Shown here piece after piece: positions 57,810 through 59,286 of a stretch of DNA of 59,286 nt; position 1 is the stretch's first letter; every line of letters begins with the position of its first letter. The stretch comes from Nemertoderma westbladi. Lineage: Eukaryota; Animalia; Xenacoelomorpha. The DNA lies in NCBI GenBank assembly GCA_032718475.1, contig JAUCBJ010007266.1, forward strand, positions 1 through 59,286, written 5' to 3'. The translations under genes and the position numbers were made by a program. The notes beneath the pieces are model-generated. The model worked only from the letters and a program-made list of their open reading frames with translations. It was not told where the DNA came from and did not search any database.

Positions 57810-58160
57810 CCCCTAACGGCAGACAGAGGAACTGTTGAAGTCTGTCTGAAAGCAATATTTATTTATTCAGCAAAAAATGCCCGTAGCGCCGTAGGTCACT
57901 CCTACCAAATTTCAGGTGAATATGATGGTTAGTTCTATAACTAGTCTCTACTAGCGGCAGACAGATGAACTACAGAACTCTGCCTCTGTTAATTTTCTAA
58001 ACTTTTGGTAGACTACTTGTGTTCCAAGTTTGGTTCCATTTCATCAAAGATTGACCGACTTATTAGCGTTCAAAATTTACAACGACGACGACAGACTGGT
58101 CCACTAATTATACCCCTACACTAAGGCTCTCCTGGACTTACGTGGCTCGCCCCACATAAA
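57810..58160 (+). mobile_element. Helentron/HINE-like interspersed repeat
   Basis: CCAAATTTCA/CCAAGTTTGG motifs, (ACG)n-GACAGAC, and an end shared with 31400-31560. Confidence 0.45.
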
Positions 58161-59286
58161 CCTCGCCCTATCCGAGAATCTCGGAAATTTAGATACTTCT
58201 TAAGTATATATTTTGTTATTGATACATCTTGAGTATAATATTCATTCAGATAGTTTTGGCGTAAACGGCGCTTCATTGCTCTAATATAAATTTAGCCAAT
58301 ATAATTAATTAATATAATTATGCAAGGGTGCTGCATCATTATTACTACAGTAGTACTGTAGTATTCCCAATTGCGTGTGTAAATTATAAAGTACAGTTTG
58401 CGTTCAAATATTTTTTCAAACATTTTTCAAAATTACAATAGTAGTCTAAAAGTTTTATTGCACATGTCTGCATTGCCTGCTGTGGTACGGCACTGCTGTT
58501 ATTGTGTTATGATGCATCAAATCCAGCGAAAAAGAGGAAAGTAACTGATTTCTATTCACCTGCATCTGAAATAGATATTGTTGAAGATGTGGACCTGGAG
58601 TTATTAATTCTAATCTGAACACAATCAGGGAAGGTAATATTCAGTATCGATCACCTCACCCAGCGCCACACTCGGTAAGAGAAAGGGTTTCATCATTCCA
58701 GATATTGGGCTAGTCAAAACTTTGTCCTATCCGAGAAGTTAGCCGCCCGTGGGTATTTTTATTGCGTTCAGTCCTCCCCCCTCTCCTGCCCTATCTGGCT
58801 TTATAATATTCAAATTTTTTTGTAATACAGTAATATAAGCCTACATTTGTTTTATTGTCTTTATTGTTATTGTCTTTAGTGTTTAAATAGATAATAATAA
58901 TAAATATTTAATTGAAATAAGTGAAAACAATAATAATATTCAAAGATATACTATCATTTTTCTCCTGAGCCACTAGTTGTACCACCCATCTGCTTCTCCT
59001 GATCCGACCGAAACAGGAACCTTAGCCGCCTCTAGTGATATCCCCTCTTACATTGACAGCACCATGATAAATTACATGATAAATATAATGCAAGGTGCAG
59101 AATTTACTACCAAACCAGTAACTTCCAGTACCTGAAGTAAAAATATGGGAGTGTCCTAGTGTCCAACATTCATTACGTCACCAGTAGTGGATCTCACTGT
59201 GAACGGTCTGAGCTACTCCTGCTGTGCTCAAGGGAAGGGAAGGAAACTGGACGCAATAAAAATTCATCCCTCTCCATGGGAAATTG

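Noticed and set aside
58500-58730. hAT-like transposase N-terminal remnant (KRKVTDFY..DIGL)
   Set aside because: Too short and degenerate, with no TIR or catalytic region found.

Overview
Repeat-dense window from an AT-rich animal (invertebrate-like) nuclear genome. I found no prokaryotic features, rRNA, tRNA or CRISPR. It is a nest of transposable elements around one host-type gene. (1) A 5'-truncated RTE-type LINE (~48-7275) is split by a very young, complete Ty3/Gypsy element (1297-6331; identical 249-bp LTRs, GATGG TSD). (2) Two related, oppositely oriented, unusually large BEL/Pao elements are present: a decayed, 3'-truncated copy A (7288-19362, -) and a near-intact 15.7-kb copy B (35145-50875, +). 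Copy B has ~1.19-kb terminal repeats, a >2-kb non-coding leader, a ~2,700-codon gag-pol with a long N-terminal extension, and a 3-kb 3' cargo region holding a frameshifted unknown ORF. (3) A CR1 LINE, a second RTE, a decayed zinc-knuckle+RT element, and Academ-, Harbinger-, P-, Merlin-, foldback- and Helitron-like DNA element remnants are scattered through the window. (4) There are two hammerhead-ribozyme-like loci: a Penelope-type palindrome and a retrozyme-like monomer. (5) A spliced 16-finger C2H2 zinc-finger gene (24490-33688) has a first exon carrying a phosphodiesterase-N-terminus-like helix, a PxVxL motif, a SUMO site and a duplicated YNLRxR motif. It is a candidate for an undescribed TE-silencing ZNF architecture. 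All identities and family calls were made by eye; no searches were run.
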